A stretch of 64,000 bases of DNA, from contig NC_042997.1 of the NCBI RefSeq assembly GCF_006345805.1, forward strand, positions 12,462,001 to 12,526,000. Direction: 5' to 3'. Shown piece after piece: positions 51,516 through 64,000 of this stretch. The position numbers were made by a program, and so were the translations under genes. The notes beneath the pieces are model-generated. The model worked only from the letters and a program-made list of their open reading frames with translations. It was not told where the DNA came from and did no database searches. Origin of the DNA: Octopus sinensis. Lineage: Eukaryota. Positions within the stretch are counted from its first letter, which is position 1, and each line of letters opens with the position of its first letter.

Positions 51516-51615
51516 NNNNNNNNNNNNNNNNNNNNNNNNNNNNNNNNNNNNNNNNNNNNNNNNNNNNNNNNNNNNNNNNNNNNNNNNNNNNNNNNNNNNN
51601 NNNNNNNNNNNNNNN
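51516..51615. other. Assembly gap (100 N)
   Basis: A run of exactly 100 N. Contiguity across it is not guaranteed. Confidence 1.
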
Positions 51616-51687
51616 TACGCGCAAGCACACAGACACAACATATAGCATGCATAGGCATATATACATGCACACACACACGCACACACA

Positions 51688-51720
<33 letters not shown>

Positions 51721-51731
51721 ACACACCACAC

Positions 51732-51779
<48 letters not shown>

Positions 51780-51781
51780 AT

Positions 51782-52010
51782 TTTAATCCAACGGGAAAAC
51801 AAAAAAAACAACAACAATGGAACAATACAGTTTATTATTAATAGGCGCTCAGGAAATGGAAGCGGGAGGTATGGTTCGAGCGGAAGCTCTTCGTCGAAAA
51901 ATAAAGAAGGAAGAGAGAGGAAAGAAGGAAAGAAAGACAGAGCGGGCAACAGGGAAGAGAAAAAAGACACGAACTGGTGTTTACGAGTTGCACATGGTGA
52001 ATATATATTA
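51782..52010 (-). mobile_element. Solo PLE-type 3' terminus with degenerate hammerhead, ending against (TA)n
   Basis: Minus strand uCGACGA A GAGC uucc GCUC GAAcCAU, followed by ttcctgagcgc...gttgttg...ttttccc and then (TA)n. Confidence 0.5.
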
Positions 52011-52351
52011 TATATAACACACACAAACATATTTATATATGTTGTAAGTCGTTAATTGACGAAACTATAACCTTTTCATGTCATTAGTTTTTCTGTGCCC
52101 AATAGCATCAGTGACTTGAAAGTCCAAGCCAAACGGTTTTTATTCCAGAAATTTCCTTCTCTTGGATGGATTTTCTTCTCTACAACTAGTAAGCACTATC
52201 TACTTTTTGACGGACCCTGATTTTCATCCTGCAGGGTGTCCAAAATTCATCCTTATCACCAAGCGCTCTTAGTGTTGTTGCCGGTTTAGTCACCGATAAT
52301 CCGACCATGCAACAGGTTCTACTGTTCTACTGGATTACGTGGTACCAGTTG

Positions 52352-52412
<61 letters not shown>

Positions 52413-53355
52413 AACCGAAAGAAAGGAAGAGAGACGAGGAGATCGAATGACTGACTGAAAGATAGAACTGGAAGTTAAGCAGATGTGTATGCGAAATGAC
52501 TATATCCATACAGAGGGGGATAAGTAGATACGTGGATAGGTACACAGTCAGAATGGAATGGTTTCTACAGGTTAGTGGAGACAGACAAGCAATGAACAGT
52601 TTGCTTAAAATATAGGTGGAGAAATAAGCAGGTAAAGTAAGCGTTATATAACCATATAAGTAAATAGTTTTGTAAGTTTTAATATATAGCTGGATATGTT
52701 GGTTGATAAGAAGAGACAGATAGAACAGTAGAGAGGATAATAGGCATATAGATGTATGGTGAGATAGACAATTCAGCAGAGAAGGAGGTTGACAGGTAAA
52801 TGAATGGATGAAAGCATAGGTAGAAGAATTGATGAATGCTGACAGAATGGATGTAGTTATAAGGTTACAGCTCGGAGGTTGGCTTCAGTGATGTAGCTCA
52901 GAATTATTCTGTTTATTCGTGTGTGAATAGTTTTCTGTCAATATTTTTCAGTGATATGGCTGGGTTTGAATTAAGGGTGTACCATCTAAAACTATAGGCT
53001 TGAGTTCTTCCAATAGAGGCTTCCGCGATGTTGTTCTCTGCCTCCTGCATTAGGATACATCGTCCATAGAAAAACTTTGCGAGCCTGTAAGGCATGGGTA
53101 AGAACTGGAGTACGTGCATTACCTGATGAATTTATTATTTGTTCATCTTAGAGGCGCTCGAATTCTTTGGGTCCTAGAAACAGTTGGGTGGCTGAGTAGT
53201 ACATTTTAATTGTACGTTGTTTTGAGAGTTGCCAATATTTGTGCAGTGTAGTGAAGTGATTTTTGAGTAACTTGAATATTTTACTAACAATTAATATTGT
53301 TCCTTTTATGCTGAAGAGTGGGTAATACTAACAAATATACCGCTATCTATATTGA

Positions 53356-53645
53356 TTTTTTTTTACCGACCAGGCTATCAGATGTTGCTACACATCACTG
53401 GTCACAATGCGCTTCGCATTGTTTTAGCCTTCAAATGACGCCACCCCGCTGGCTAAGCAAGCCGGCCAACAGAAAAAAGAGTGAGAGAAAGTTGCGGTGA
53501 AAGAGTGCAATATGGATCGCCACCACCCCCTGTCGGAGCCTCGTGGAGCATTAGGTGTTTTCGTTCAATGACCACTCAAAACGCCCGGTCTGGGAATCGA
53601 AACCGCGAGTCCGCTTCCCTAACCACTGGGCCATTGCACCTCCAC
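53356..53645 (-). mobile_element. SINE family B with tail type 2
   Basis: Same head and core as 19290-19476. A different tail (ttagccagcggggtggcgtc...gcctggtcgg) is followed by an A-run. Confidence 0.8.
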
Positions 53646-54185
53646 ATATTTTGATTTATATTTGGAAAAGCTCTGGGTGCAATCTGTATCCTTAAACCGC
53701 TTCTGGATAGATTGTTACTGTCGTATTTGCAAGAGCCCTTAAAATTTTATTATTTGGACGATATAGAATACAAAACCCAAAGATATATATTAGAAATTAG
53801 GGTCTTAATCATATTAATGAGGTGGTTGGAGTGCTAATGAATGTAGTCTAATGATTAAGGCTGCCTCTTTCACATACATTTTAATGATTCAAAATAATAT
53901 GACTTTGCATTGGACGAAATTTTCTTTAGATTAACATTGGCAGAAAGCTACAAAACATCAAAGAGGAAAAGAATGGAAATACAAATCAGTTTTTACTAAA
54001 GAGCTTTCTTTACCTTTACCAATGTTGTTTATTTTAAACAGAAATGAAAGCAGGTTTCTGACTTGTGGCTCACCTCATTATTTTCTGTTCTATTAGTCCA
54101 TTAGTGACTTGTGTAAAGATCCATGTACTTTGTCGTAACTTAGAAAGTTTCTTATTGTTGCATAGAATCATTCATAATAACTATA

Positions 54186-54520
54186 AAGTAAGTAAAGACC
54201 CCCTTCGGTCATGAATGACCATGGGATTGCACCTAGAAAGTTACCCTCCTAGACACAAGTCCGGGCAAGGTTGTTTATGGAAGACCAGCAGTCGCCCATG
54301 CATACCAGCCTCCCCTCTCCACGCCACCAGTGTTATCCAAGGGAAAGACAAAGGTCGATGCAGCTTGGCACCAGTGACGTCGCAACTCATTTATACAGCT
54401 GAGTGAACTGGAGCAACGTGAAATAAAGTGCCTTGCTCAAGAACACCACATGCAGCCCGGTCCGGGATTCGAGCTCACAACCTCACGATCGTAAGCTCGA
54501 CGCTCTAACCACTGAGCCAT
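54186..54520 (-). mobile_element. SINE family D (tRNA head + CORE-like segment)
   Basis: Head tggctcagtggttagagcgtcg...ctcgaatcccgg, then CORE-like cttgagcaaggcacttta...cactcagctgtataaatgag. The tail ends (ttac)n. Confidence 0.85.
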
Positions 54521-56051
54521 AATAAATATCGAATAAACAAAAATTGCATCACAGAAAACGATATATGATTCATATGCGGGAGCCATATATTGGTAAGAAG
54601 CTTGTAGCAAGCTAAATCTGGAATGCAGATCCGTTTCCTAGTTAAGTCTTGCCATTTTATTAATTTTGATATCGTTCACTCTGAATAGGATGAGCAACAC
54701 TAGCTTTCAAATGTTCAATTATATCAGTGTATTACTATCATCAATTCTGTTTCTTTCTCCCCATCCTCACTCTGTTTGTGTCTCTTTCTTTCTCTCTCTC
54801 TCTCTCTCTCCTCTCTTTCTTCATTTCTTTGGATTTCGACTGCAATTCTAAGATCCAACATTGACGCACTGGGTGATGTTGATTTGGTCCGAGATTGACT
54901 TTAAGTGAACGCGTGTTTTGGAATACTCAGCTTCTTACAAGTCAAAATAAACAGCAGAAAATCAATTGATCAAACTGCTGAATGTTCATTGTTGAAACCG
55001 AGAAAGAAGCCGTCATGTGTATCCTTGTTGAGAAAGAGCATAATTCAGTAATAAAAAGGAAGCGAGAAAAAATAAGAGAGAGAGAGAGAGAGAGAGAGCT
55101 TTCCTCCATACTCTTTGTTGACAACAAATATGACAATAATGAATTGGAATATATACTATTGGAATATGACAATAATGAATAGGAATATATACTAACATAT
55201 CGACAAGACGATGAAAATCATCATCACCATCAATATCATCGTAAACATCAACACTTCGATTGAAGGAATCTTCAAAGCATTGGACGGAATGCTGTAATAT
55301 ATCTTATGGACGGTTCTTTCAGCTTTCCAATCTTGCTGAAGACGAGTTTGCTTTTCTTCCTTCCCTGGACGATAAAATAATTTAACAACCAACTACTAGA
55401 GTCAATATAAATGGTTGTTCTTCGCTCTCCACAATAGATATGGCCTTGTGCTTATAACTGAAGGGATTATCATTATTATTCATGAATTCAACATGATCGG
55501 TTGTCACAATCGATAGGGTGATGGAAAAATGCCTTGGATTTCTTGTTTAATGTCTTCACTTCGTAAGTTCAGATATCAAAGAGGTCAACTTAAACCTTTA
55601 AACTTCTGCATTCGATATAATCCAACATTCCTGTTCGCCTAAATTTCAGGCCTTGTACCTATATTAGAAACAAATGTTATTCGTGATTTCACTCATTCTA
55701 AATGCAGAGCAAGAAACAGAGACAGAAAATAAAGTAAAAAAAACGAAGATATGTTTAGTATGTATGAATCTTTATAGTCGTTATTTACATCTTACATCGT
55801 ATGGCTTTAATAATGGTTACTACATTTGTATTCAAAAATGAGAGAAGTCCGATTGAAATTACAAAGATAATAATGGACACGATTCCTCCAAATTACACTA
55901 AAAAAAAAAAGATGACAGCAGTAATTGTTTACAATGAGGAACCTCTTGGGTGTTCATTTTTTTATAGGTCCCATTTCGTTTAAGGATTGTGTAAGTTTCA
56001 GCGACTTGCTTGCTTCTTCTTTTTACATTAGCCGTTCTTATCAGTCACATA

Positions 56052-56092
<41 letters not shown>

Positions 56093-56095
56093 AAT

Positions 56096-56154
<59 letters not shown>

Positions 56155-56322
56155 CATATATATATTATATATATATAATTGTTCTATTTTTCATCTCTTA
56201 TTGTAACACTATCATTAAGATAATTTTGGGAAGTCACGTGTAATGTTATACAATGACAGGCAGTCAATGAAAAATGTCTAGTCGATACAATTGTCATTAA
56301 CATATATATATATTATATATAT

Positions 56323-56357
<35 letters not shown>

Positions 56358-56417
56358 TATGCGTGTACATATATGTATATAAATTATACATATGCGTCTT
56401 AGCATGTGTATGATACA

Positions 56418-56463
<46 letters not shown>

Positions 56464-56721
56464 CTACACATGCATATATATATTCATACATACATATATA
56501 TATATACATTCATGCATAAATATATATGCTGTATTGATATACATACATATATGTATATAGATTATATACATGCGTCTTGTGTCTGTGTATTACATATACA
56601 TATATACATACGTATACATATATATATACATACGTATACATAATATATATATAATATACATACGTATACATATTATTATATACATACGTATATATATATA
56701 TATACATACGTATATATATAC

Positions 56722-56780
<59 letters not shown>

Positions 56781-57331
56781 TATATATATATATATACATA
56801 CGTATACATATATATATATATACATACGTATACATATATATATATATATATATATACGCATTTCTGTTTTTCAATGATAAGAATTTTGGAAAAAAAAATT
56901 CGCAAGTTGTCGGCGTTGCTTTAGATTGTTGTTGATGATTTTATCGTTTTTTTTTTCTATCTGCAGCAGCCGACAAAGAATGAAATTGTGTTGTTTCAAA
57001 TCTGAAGCTTGTGTCAAATATATACAATTGAGATCAGTTTCTCACACACAATAAAACCTACCATTTAACTTGAGATGTGTCTATAACGTTTGATGTTATG
57101 TGAGAAAAGTTTAAGTTTAATTAACTTGTAAATAATTTTGGCGAAGTACAGGATCTGTCATCACCAGTCAAACGTGCTTCATAAATTGCCAAGAATAACT
57201 AGCATTTTGTTTGTTAATATATATCCTTTTAGAACGAATGCGAAATTTTATTGTGTGAAGAAATCATTAAATGGGCAAGGAAGAATTAATAATAATAATA
57301 ATAATATTGGCAATACTAATGCTAAAAACCA

Positions 57332-57375
<44 letters not shown>

Positions 57376-58765
57376 GTATTATTTATTTTATTTGTGGGAT
57401 TTCATTGATTTACCATAGCTTCAGATTGGAAAATAAAGAAAAATAAAGAAAAAAAGAAAATAGTACAAAATTCAAATATATGAATGTAATATAGATATAT
57501 TTATGTTATAATGAACAGTATGTGCAATGGCATTTGTGTTAGCTAAAAAATGATTGAAAGCAAAGCGACATCTGTTGAAAAAAATACAAATAACTTGGGA
57601 CAACTCTCGATCACGGTGTAGCATGCCTGACATCAACCGGAGTAAACACGATCACAATGTTTTCTAAAGATTTGTTTTTTCCTTTTTGTTATTTTTGAGT
57701 TTAATTTTTTTTGTAAAATGGATGTATTTAATTTGTGGTTTGAGTGTTTTATAGTTTTTTTTATATATTCTTTTGTTGGATATATTTCATTTATTTTTTT
57801 TTTTGTTTTCAGATAAAGTACATGTAATTTATCAGCAAAATCATCGGAAAGAGGCTTGACGCCAGGAAATACTTTCATTTGATGTACAAACTTCCGCTGG
57901 TTGTTTTTTTTTTTGTTTTTGAAATTTTGATTTTTTCATTTTATTTCTTTAAACTTCAATTTTCAACCATATTTAAATTTCATTATTTGTTAATTTCCAT
58001 TTTAGATATTTTTTTCTTTTTGGGTTTATTTGAGACGAAGGTTGAAAACTTAAAAGATAATTCGTTTAAAATGTATTTGGTTATCTTCTTTTTTATTAAT
58101 ATCATTGTCATCATTGATTATCTTTTTCTCTGTTCTTCTTCTTCCTTGTCTCTCCACTGAAATCTCTGACATTTACATAGGATATCACTTTTGAATGGAA
58201 CAACAAAGATGTCCTCAAAAAAAAAAAAAAAAGAATTCGAAGAAAGAAAGAAAGAGCGGAGGAAATGAAAAAGGAAATGAAAATATAATGGAATGAAACA
58301 AAAGGAAAAATTTTGAAAACGGAACAAAAATAAAATGTTCAAAATATGTCTGTTGGTTAATTAACACGGGGAAAATGCCTGGAGGTTTTGAAATATCTTC
58401 AAAATTATTAAATGATAAAAGAGACGAGAGCGATGTTGAATAAGGTTGAAAACGAACCAAAACAAATACGCAAAATGGACGTAGAATGCAACGTCTGTTT
58501 TCAAATATTATTATCTCCCCCCAAATATGGTTCGTAACAGTTTTTTTTTTCCTTATGGTAGAACAGGGAAAATTTTAAAAATATAAAACAAAATTTTGTG
58601 AAAAAAAAAACATGAAAGAATGGAAGATATTTTTTCTCTCTTTGTGTGTAATTGTTGCAGTTGTTGTTGCTGTCGCTACTGCAGTTTTTATTTATATTTT
58701 TTATGTTTTTATTTCAGTTCAGAAATATTTTAGTCCTTGCCTTATTATTTTTATACAATAGGATC

Positions 58766-59360
58766 TCAGGCAGCAGCCTTGCAATCTTTGCAGAACAAAT
58801 ACTCACTAAACTGCTGTCCTTCGACCCCACCGCCAGTAGCTGCTATTAGTTTAAAACCCTGATTTAGAAGCCTCTGCAATACTTGTACGGAATTTAATTT
58901 GCAAAATCCGTTCAAAGGAAATCGAATAACATATCTGTTTTCCATGTTCCAACCTGAATTCCTTGAATCCATTAGAGCAGAGCTAAGTTCTGGAAACACT
59001 TCTTCCAAAAGCGCCCTTTCCGCACTCAATGTGATTCGCTCCCCTAGATCGGGGCTTATGCTGATTGCAATGCAGTCGCAGTATTCTTTCTCTTCTTTCT
59101 TCACTACGATCTTTTGTTTACTTTTTCTATAAAGTTCCACATCTTTTACCATACTAGTGAGGTCGTAATATTTCGCTTCTTCCCATAACTGTTCAATTTC
59201 GTTGAAATTATCAGGTAGTATCAGTTTGGCACTCCTTAGATAATTCAATATGTGTCGGAACATTTTCCCATCTCTGTCAATGAAATAGTGCTGTTTCAGA
59301 CTGTCCAGAACAATAGGTATGCTTCCATTGAACATTCGGGCAAGCTTAGACTCCGGAAAC
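58766..59360 (-). CDS. KCTD1/KCTD15: Terminal coding exon of a KCTD1/KCTD15-family BTB/POZ protein (C-terminal BTB half + C-terminal domain)
   Basis: FPESKLARMFNGSIPIVLDSLKQHYFIDRDGKMFRHILNYLR, EEAKYY, PDLGERITLS, EEVFPE, VIRFPLNGFCKLNSVQVL and GGGVEGQQFSEY are family-diagnostic. Acceptor ttttcttgtgttgcag ends at 59361 (phase 2) and TGA is at 58766-58768. The frame is uninterrupted. Confidence 0.95.
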
Positions 59361-59470
59361 CTGCAACACAAGAAAATATTTAACTATATAAATAAACGAG
59401 TCAAGGAAACAATAATTTAAGATATAATTAAACAATATTTAATAATAACAGTTAGATAAATAACAACGAC

Positions 59471-59532
<62 letters not shown>

Positions 59533-59549
59533 TGATGATGATGATAATG

Positions 59550-59766
59550 ATCCTTTCTGCTATAGGCACAAGGCCCGAAATCTTGGGTTGGGGTTGGGGA
59601 CCAGTTGATTAAATCGAACCTAGTACGCAACTGGTATTTAATTTATCGACCGCGAAAAGATGAAAGGCAAAGTCGACCTCGGGGGAATTTGAACTCAGAA
59701 CGTAAAGACGGACGAAAAACCGCTGAGCATCTTGTCCGGCATGCTAACGATTCTGCTAGCTCGCCG
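59550..59766 (-). mobile_element. SINE family C in the KCTD intron
   Basis: Reverse complement of ggcgagctagcagaatcgttagc...ctgagttcaaattcccccgaggtcgactttgcc. Confidence 0.85.
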
Positions 59767-59768
59767 TT

Positions 59769-59801
<33 letters not shown>

Positions 59802-59843
59802 TGGGAAATAAAGAAGAAAAATAAATAAAAAATAAACAACCAT

Positions 59844-60141
59844 GACGATTTGAAGTGGGAAATACGAAGGTTGTGGTCAATGAAGAGAGTAGACGTGATA
59901 CAAATATTAATTGGTGCACTTGGAAGTATCAGCACTCAGCTACCAACATGGCTGAAAAAGAGCAGTGCAAGTGGGAAAGTAGAACACCTAAAAAAAAAAA
60001 TCAGCATTCCTTGGAGCTGCAAGAATTCTTCGCAGGGTTCTTGAAGTATGACCAGTAAGCAAGTGTCCCCTTGGTCTGCTGGCTGTGAACAGCTGACACT
60101 TTCCATCATACCCAGCAAAATAAGCTGTCAGTTTTCATCAC

Positions 60142-60142
<1 letters not shown>
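59844..60142 (+). mobile_element. R4/Dong-like non-LTR element 3' end (RLE C-terminus + 3'UTR)
   Basis: DLKWEIRRLWSMKRVDVIQILIGALGSI...KSAFLGAARILRRVLEV* with TGA at 60049-60051 and one frameshift. Directly followed by (TAA)n. Confidence 0.75.
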
Positions 60143-60236
<94 letters not shown>

Positions 60237-60263
60237 AAGAAGAAGAAAAACAACAACAACAAC
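60143..60263. repeat. (TAA)n-(GAA)n-(CAA)n in-phase array
   Basis: Direct reading. Confidence 0.97.
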
Positions 60264-61316
60264 AAGAGACTGAGAAATGCCAACACAGAAAGACATCCAA
60301 AAAACAGCGAGATTGATGTGTTTATGTTCGTCTTGAATATGCTGCAAATTGTATTTGCAAGGAGGAAATTCCAGATGAAAAGCGTTCAGGTACGGAAGGA
60401 ATTAGGGAGTGTAATGGATATAGCATGAGTGACCATAGACGAGTGACTCGGAAGCTTGAATAAAGGTAAGCCTGGATCAATGAAGAATGGTGAGATTTAT
60501 CTCTCATGCATTTAGTGGGAAGTATCCAGAGATGTGTAATCTGTGTGTCGATGCAGAAACATGAAAAAAAAAAAAAAAGAATTTGGTATTTATTGAGAAA
60601 CCTAGAAGACTTTGAGACAGAAGAAGGAACAGAGAGAAAGTGAGAGAGAGAGAGAGAGAGAGAGGAATGTGTGATAAAAAGACAGTGAAGAAGAAAAAGA
60701 AAGAGAGGGGGATGGTGATTTAGAGGAGAGAAAGAAAGGGGGGAAAAGAGAAAATTATAGTAAAAGATTGAAATATATTCGTTTCTGTTACATAATTTGC
60801 TGTATCGTTTAATGTTGCTGCTCATCTGACACAAGATAAACATCAGCTTAAATAGTCACCGAATGCTGTAACAAACGGATGGAAATAATCAAATCAAATC
60901 AAAAACGAAAAACAGCATTGGTTTTGAAAAGATGCCAAGCCTGTCTACATAAATCTGGCATCGACCTTCGACAATCAAGTTACGTAGTAAATTACATTGC
61001 CATTCCCTCATTCCTGCTCACTCATTCCCATTCTTTCTATCTCTCCATTTCACTATCACTCCCCACTCTCTCTCTCTCTAACAATCTCTCTCTTGATTGA
61101 CCCCACTCTTCAATTGACTTGTGTCGTATACAACGTAAATGTTCTGATCTCGATTAGGTTCAGACGCGCCATTAACCACAATGTCGATCTGCCATTTTCT
61201 TTTCTTTCCTTTTCTTTTCTCTTCTCTTCTTTTCTTGTTTCCCTACTCGTTTACAAACCCATTGTTTGAACCTGCTATGTGATAAGATATTGTGCTACAT
61301 ATGATATCATATGGTA

Positions 61317-61357
<41 letters not shown>

Positions 61358-61717
61358 GACACACACTCTCTCTCTCATACACACACAGACACAGACACAG
61401 ACTTTAGTCGTCTGTCTTTTAGTTACACAAATAAAAATTGCTCTATTGTCGAATTTGCATTATATTTGCTATGAGGAAGACATATTCATGATGCAGCAGC
61501 ATTATCCGAATGTCAATTCAATGAACTCTATATAAACAAATTGACCCCGCATTTTACAATAAATAATTAGGCTTTCAGATGTCAGCACTGTTAAAACGTT
61601 AGAAATCTGTTGAAGAAAGGTCTAGTTGTTTGAATTTTGAATTAGAACATGCTTCGACCTTAATGCATATTCAACACAGAGCCATAGAGAGACGAAATGA
61701 CTTACAAGTTACTTATA

Positions 61718-62166
61718 TAATTCTTTATTGCCCACAAGGGGCTAAACATAGACGGGACAAACAAGGACAGACAAAGGGACTAAATCGATTACATCGACCC
61801 CAGTGCGTAACTGGTACTTATTTAATCGACCCCGAAAGGATGAAAGGCAAAGTCGACCTCGGCGGAATTTGAACTCAGAACGTAACGGCAGACGAAATAC
61901 GGCTACGCATTTCGCCCGGCGTGCTAATGTTTCTTATTTCTTTATTGCCCACAAGGGGCTAAACATAGAGGGGACAAACAAGGACAGACAAAGGGACTAA
62001 ATCGATTACATCGACCCCAGTGCGTAACTGGCACTTATTTAATCGACCCCGAAAGGATGAAAGGCAAAGTCGACCTCGGTGGAATTTGAACTCAGAACGT
62101 AACGGCAAACGAAATACGGCTACGCATTTCGCCCGGCGTGCTAACGTTTCTGCCAGCTCGCCGCCT
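61718..62166 (-). mobile_element. SINE family C dimer (second junction type)
   Basis: A full first unit, then a second unit starting at aaacattagcacgccgggcg. The units are near-identical. Confidence 0.9.
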
Positions 62167-62470
62167 TCTTACAAGTCATTTATTCCTACATTTCTACTAC
62201 TTGATTGTTCATCTGCCACAGATTTTTTCATGCTGTACATAGAATAGTGTAGTACAAACAATTTCTCTGCTGATCCTAGCTTGTTAAAACCCGATTTCCA
62301 TTCTTTTAACGAAAGTACTCTTGTGTTAATTTTTAATGTACTTCGAATTTGATAAAAATCGCATCTCATTTCTCTCTATTCTGAATGTGAATACTATGTG
62401 AATATTCAAAAATATACTAACAGCAGGTTAGTTTTTGATATGGAGTGGTTAAAAAAAGTTATATATATAT

Positions 62471-63093
62471 CAGGTCATCCCATAAGTTTTGTCCAATTTT
62501 ACCTTTTTTAAAATTGAATGAAATTTAATAGTATTTTAGAATGTTTGATGGAATTAAGAATTATTTTTATGCATTTGTGTACATTTAAGCTAATTAAATA
62601 TTATTTAACAGAAACCTTTTCTAATATAGAAATATCCAAAGAGCATTTAAGGCACATAATGCTTTATGAGTACAAAAAAGGACACTCTGCAGCCGAAGCG
62701 ACTCGAAACATACACTCAGTTTATGGGAAAGAATGCTTGAATGAAAGAACTTGCAGAAGATGGTTCACAAAATTCAGAAGTGGGGATTTCAGCCTTGCAG
62801 ATGAAGATCGAACAGGACGTCCAGTTGAGTTTAATGATAAGCTCCTTCAGGCATTACTTGAAGAAAATCCTGCATTATCAGTTGAAGAATTGGCAATAAA
62901 GCTTAGTTGAAACCATACAACTGCTCATCATCATCTTCAATAACTGGGAAAGGTTCCTAAACTTGGAAAATGGGTACCTCATGAATTGTCCGAAAGCAAC
63001 CGCAAATCCAGAGTTGATATCTGCTCTTCTCTCCCTTCCCGCAAACTCATTTCACCCTTTTTGGATAGACTTTTGACTGGTGACGAAAAAGGG
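62471..63093 (+). pseudogene. Mariner transposon 5' half (left end + transposase to the first catalytic Asp)
   Basis: TA|caggtcatcccataag left end. HLRHIMLYEYKKG, RTCRRWF.KFRSGDFSL.DE.R.GRP, WVPHEL, LLTGDEK, with in-frame stops. Ends in (AT)n. Confidence 0.9.
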
Positions 63094-63102
63094 ATATATA
63101 TA

Positions 63103-63167
<65 letters not shown>

Positions 63168-63348
63168 ATATATATAAAGATAAGAGAATGATCGTACTAT
63201 GAAATAGGCGATGATAAATAGGAAAACGGGTTATACCCATAGTTTATTGTATTGTTCAATCGACAGAAAAAAAATTATACCAGAGAAAAAAATCTATTAG
63301 AAATAATTTTGTAATGGACAACACCAAAAGAAAATGAAAATGTATCAA

Positions 63349-63632
63349 GCGCAGGGACGGCTGTGTGGTAAGTAGTTTGCTTCCCAGCCACGGAATCTCG
63401 GTTTCAGTCCCATAGTATGTCATTTTGGGCAAATATTTTCTATTGCCTCGGTTCCATCAAAGCTTTGTCAGTTGTCAGTGGATTTGGCAGACGAAACTGA
63501 AAGAAGTGCGTGACTTTGTGTCTTAGCACCAGGCTTTAAAAAAAGGCACTGGGGTTGATTCGTTTGGGTAAACCTTTTCAAGGTGGTGCTCAATCATGGC
63601 CGCAATCTAGTGACTGTGATAAGTAAAAGATC
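63349..63632 (+). mobile_element. SINE family A, diverged
   Basis: Head gcgcagggacggctgtgtggtaag, gaaactgaaagaag, tail aaggtggtgctcaatcatggccgc. Confidence 0.7.
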
Positions 63633-64000
63633 ATGCAAAGATTATGAATAGTTACGTATATTTTGTATCCTATTACCATGACAATGTCCCTTTTTTCTAA
63701 AGTTATTTCTTTGTTCCTTTACGGGTGTATGTTTGAATCCATGTCTCTAGCCGCTTATTTTTTACTTGTTCAAGTCATTGCATTGCACTGCCTTTAAGGA
63801 TTTAGCTGAAATAATCGACTCCATACAGATGCATACATACATGTATAAGACGTTGCTTACAGGAAAAGATGTCAAACAGCAACTGACGTAGAAAAGAAAT
63901 CAATACAGACCCCCACCCACACACACACACGCATGAATGTTTGCTTTTATCTCGAGTAATGTTAAAAACAATTTTACGCTAAACTCAAGGATTACTCGAT

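Noticed and set aside
52930-53290. Possible decayed PLE endonuclease (SIGRTQ..F.WY) on the minus strand
   Set aside because: Only one or two partial motifs across frameshifts, which is not enough to list as a feature.
59361-59371. ATG/Met start of the 201-aa ORF (MCCR)
   Set aside because: It lies in the polypyrimidine tract and acceptor. Homology starts at FPES after the AG.

Overview
AT-rich, microsatellite-dense animal genomic DNA. It is very probably an octopus, judged from my recall of the tRNA-derived SINE families (inference, not a database result). Only one host-gene segment is recognisable: the terminal coding exon of a KCTD1/KCTD15-family BTB protein (58766-59360, minus strand), whose upstream exons lie outside the window. 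The rest is decayed mobile DNA. Non-LTR fragments include CR1/L2-like, RTE and R4/Dong-like elements and several clades of Penelope-like elements (PLEs). DNA transposons are mariner and piggyBac relics, MITEs and a Helitron-like pair. There are four tRNA-SINE families (called A-D here) and a 100-N gap. The most striking unexplained structure is a set of unrelated short repeats, mostly fold-back or tandem PLE-type termini next to (TA)n tracts. Each folds into a minimal type I hammerhead ribozyme with a self-complementary helix III (dimer type). Across families the core 3-8 pair covaries: C3-G8 (42487-42532 and others), U3-A8 (3436-3525) and G3-C8 (34491-34541). All folds were made by eye and none has been shown to cleave. 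Nearly all ORFs in the supplied track are microsatellite artefacts.
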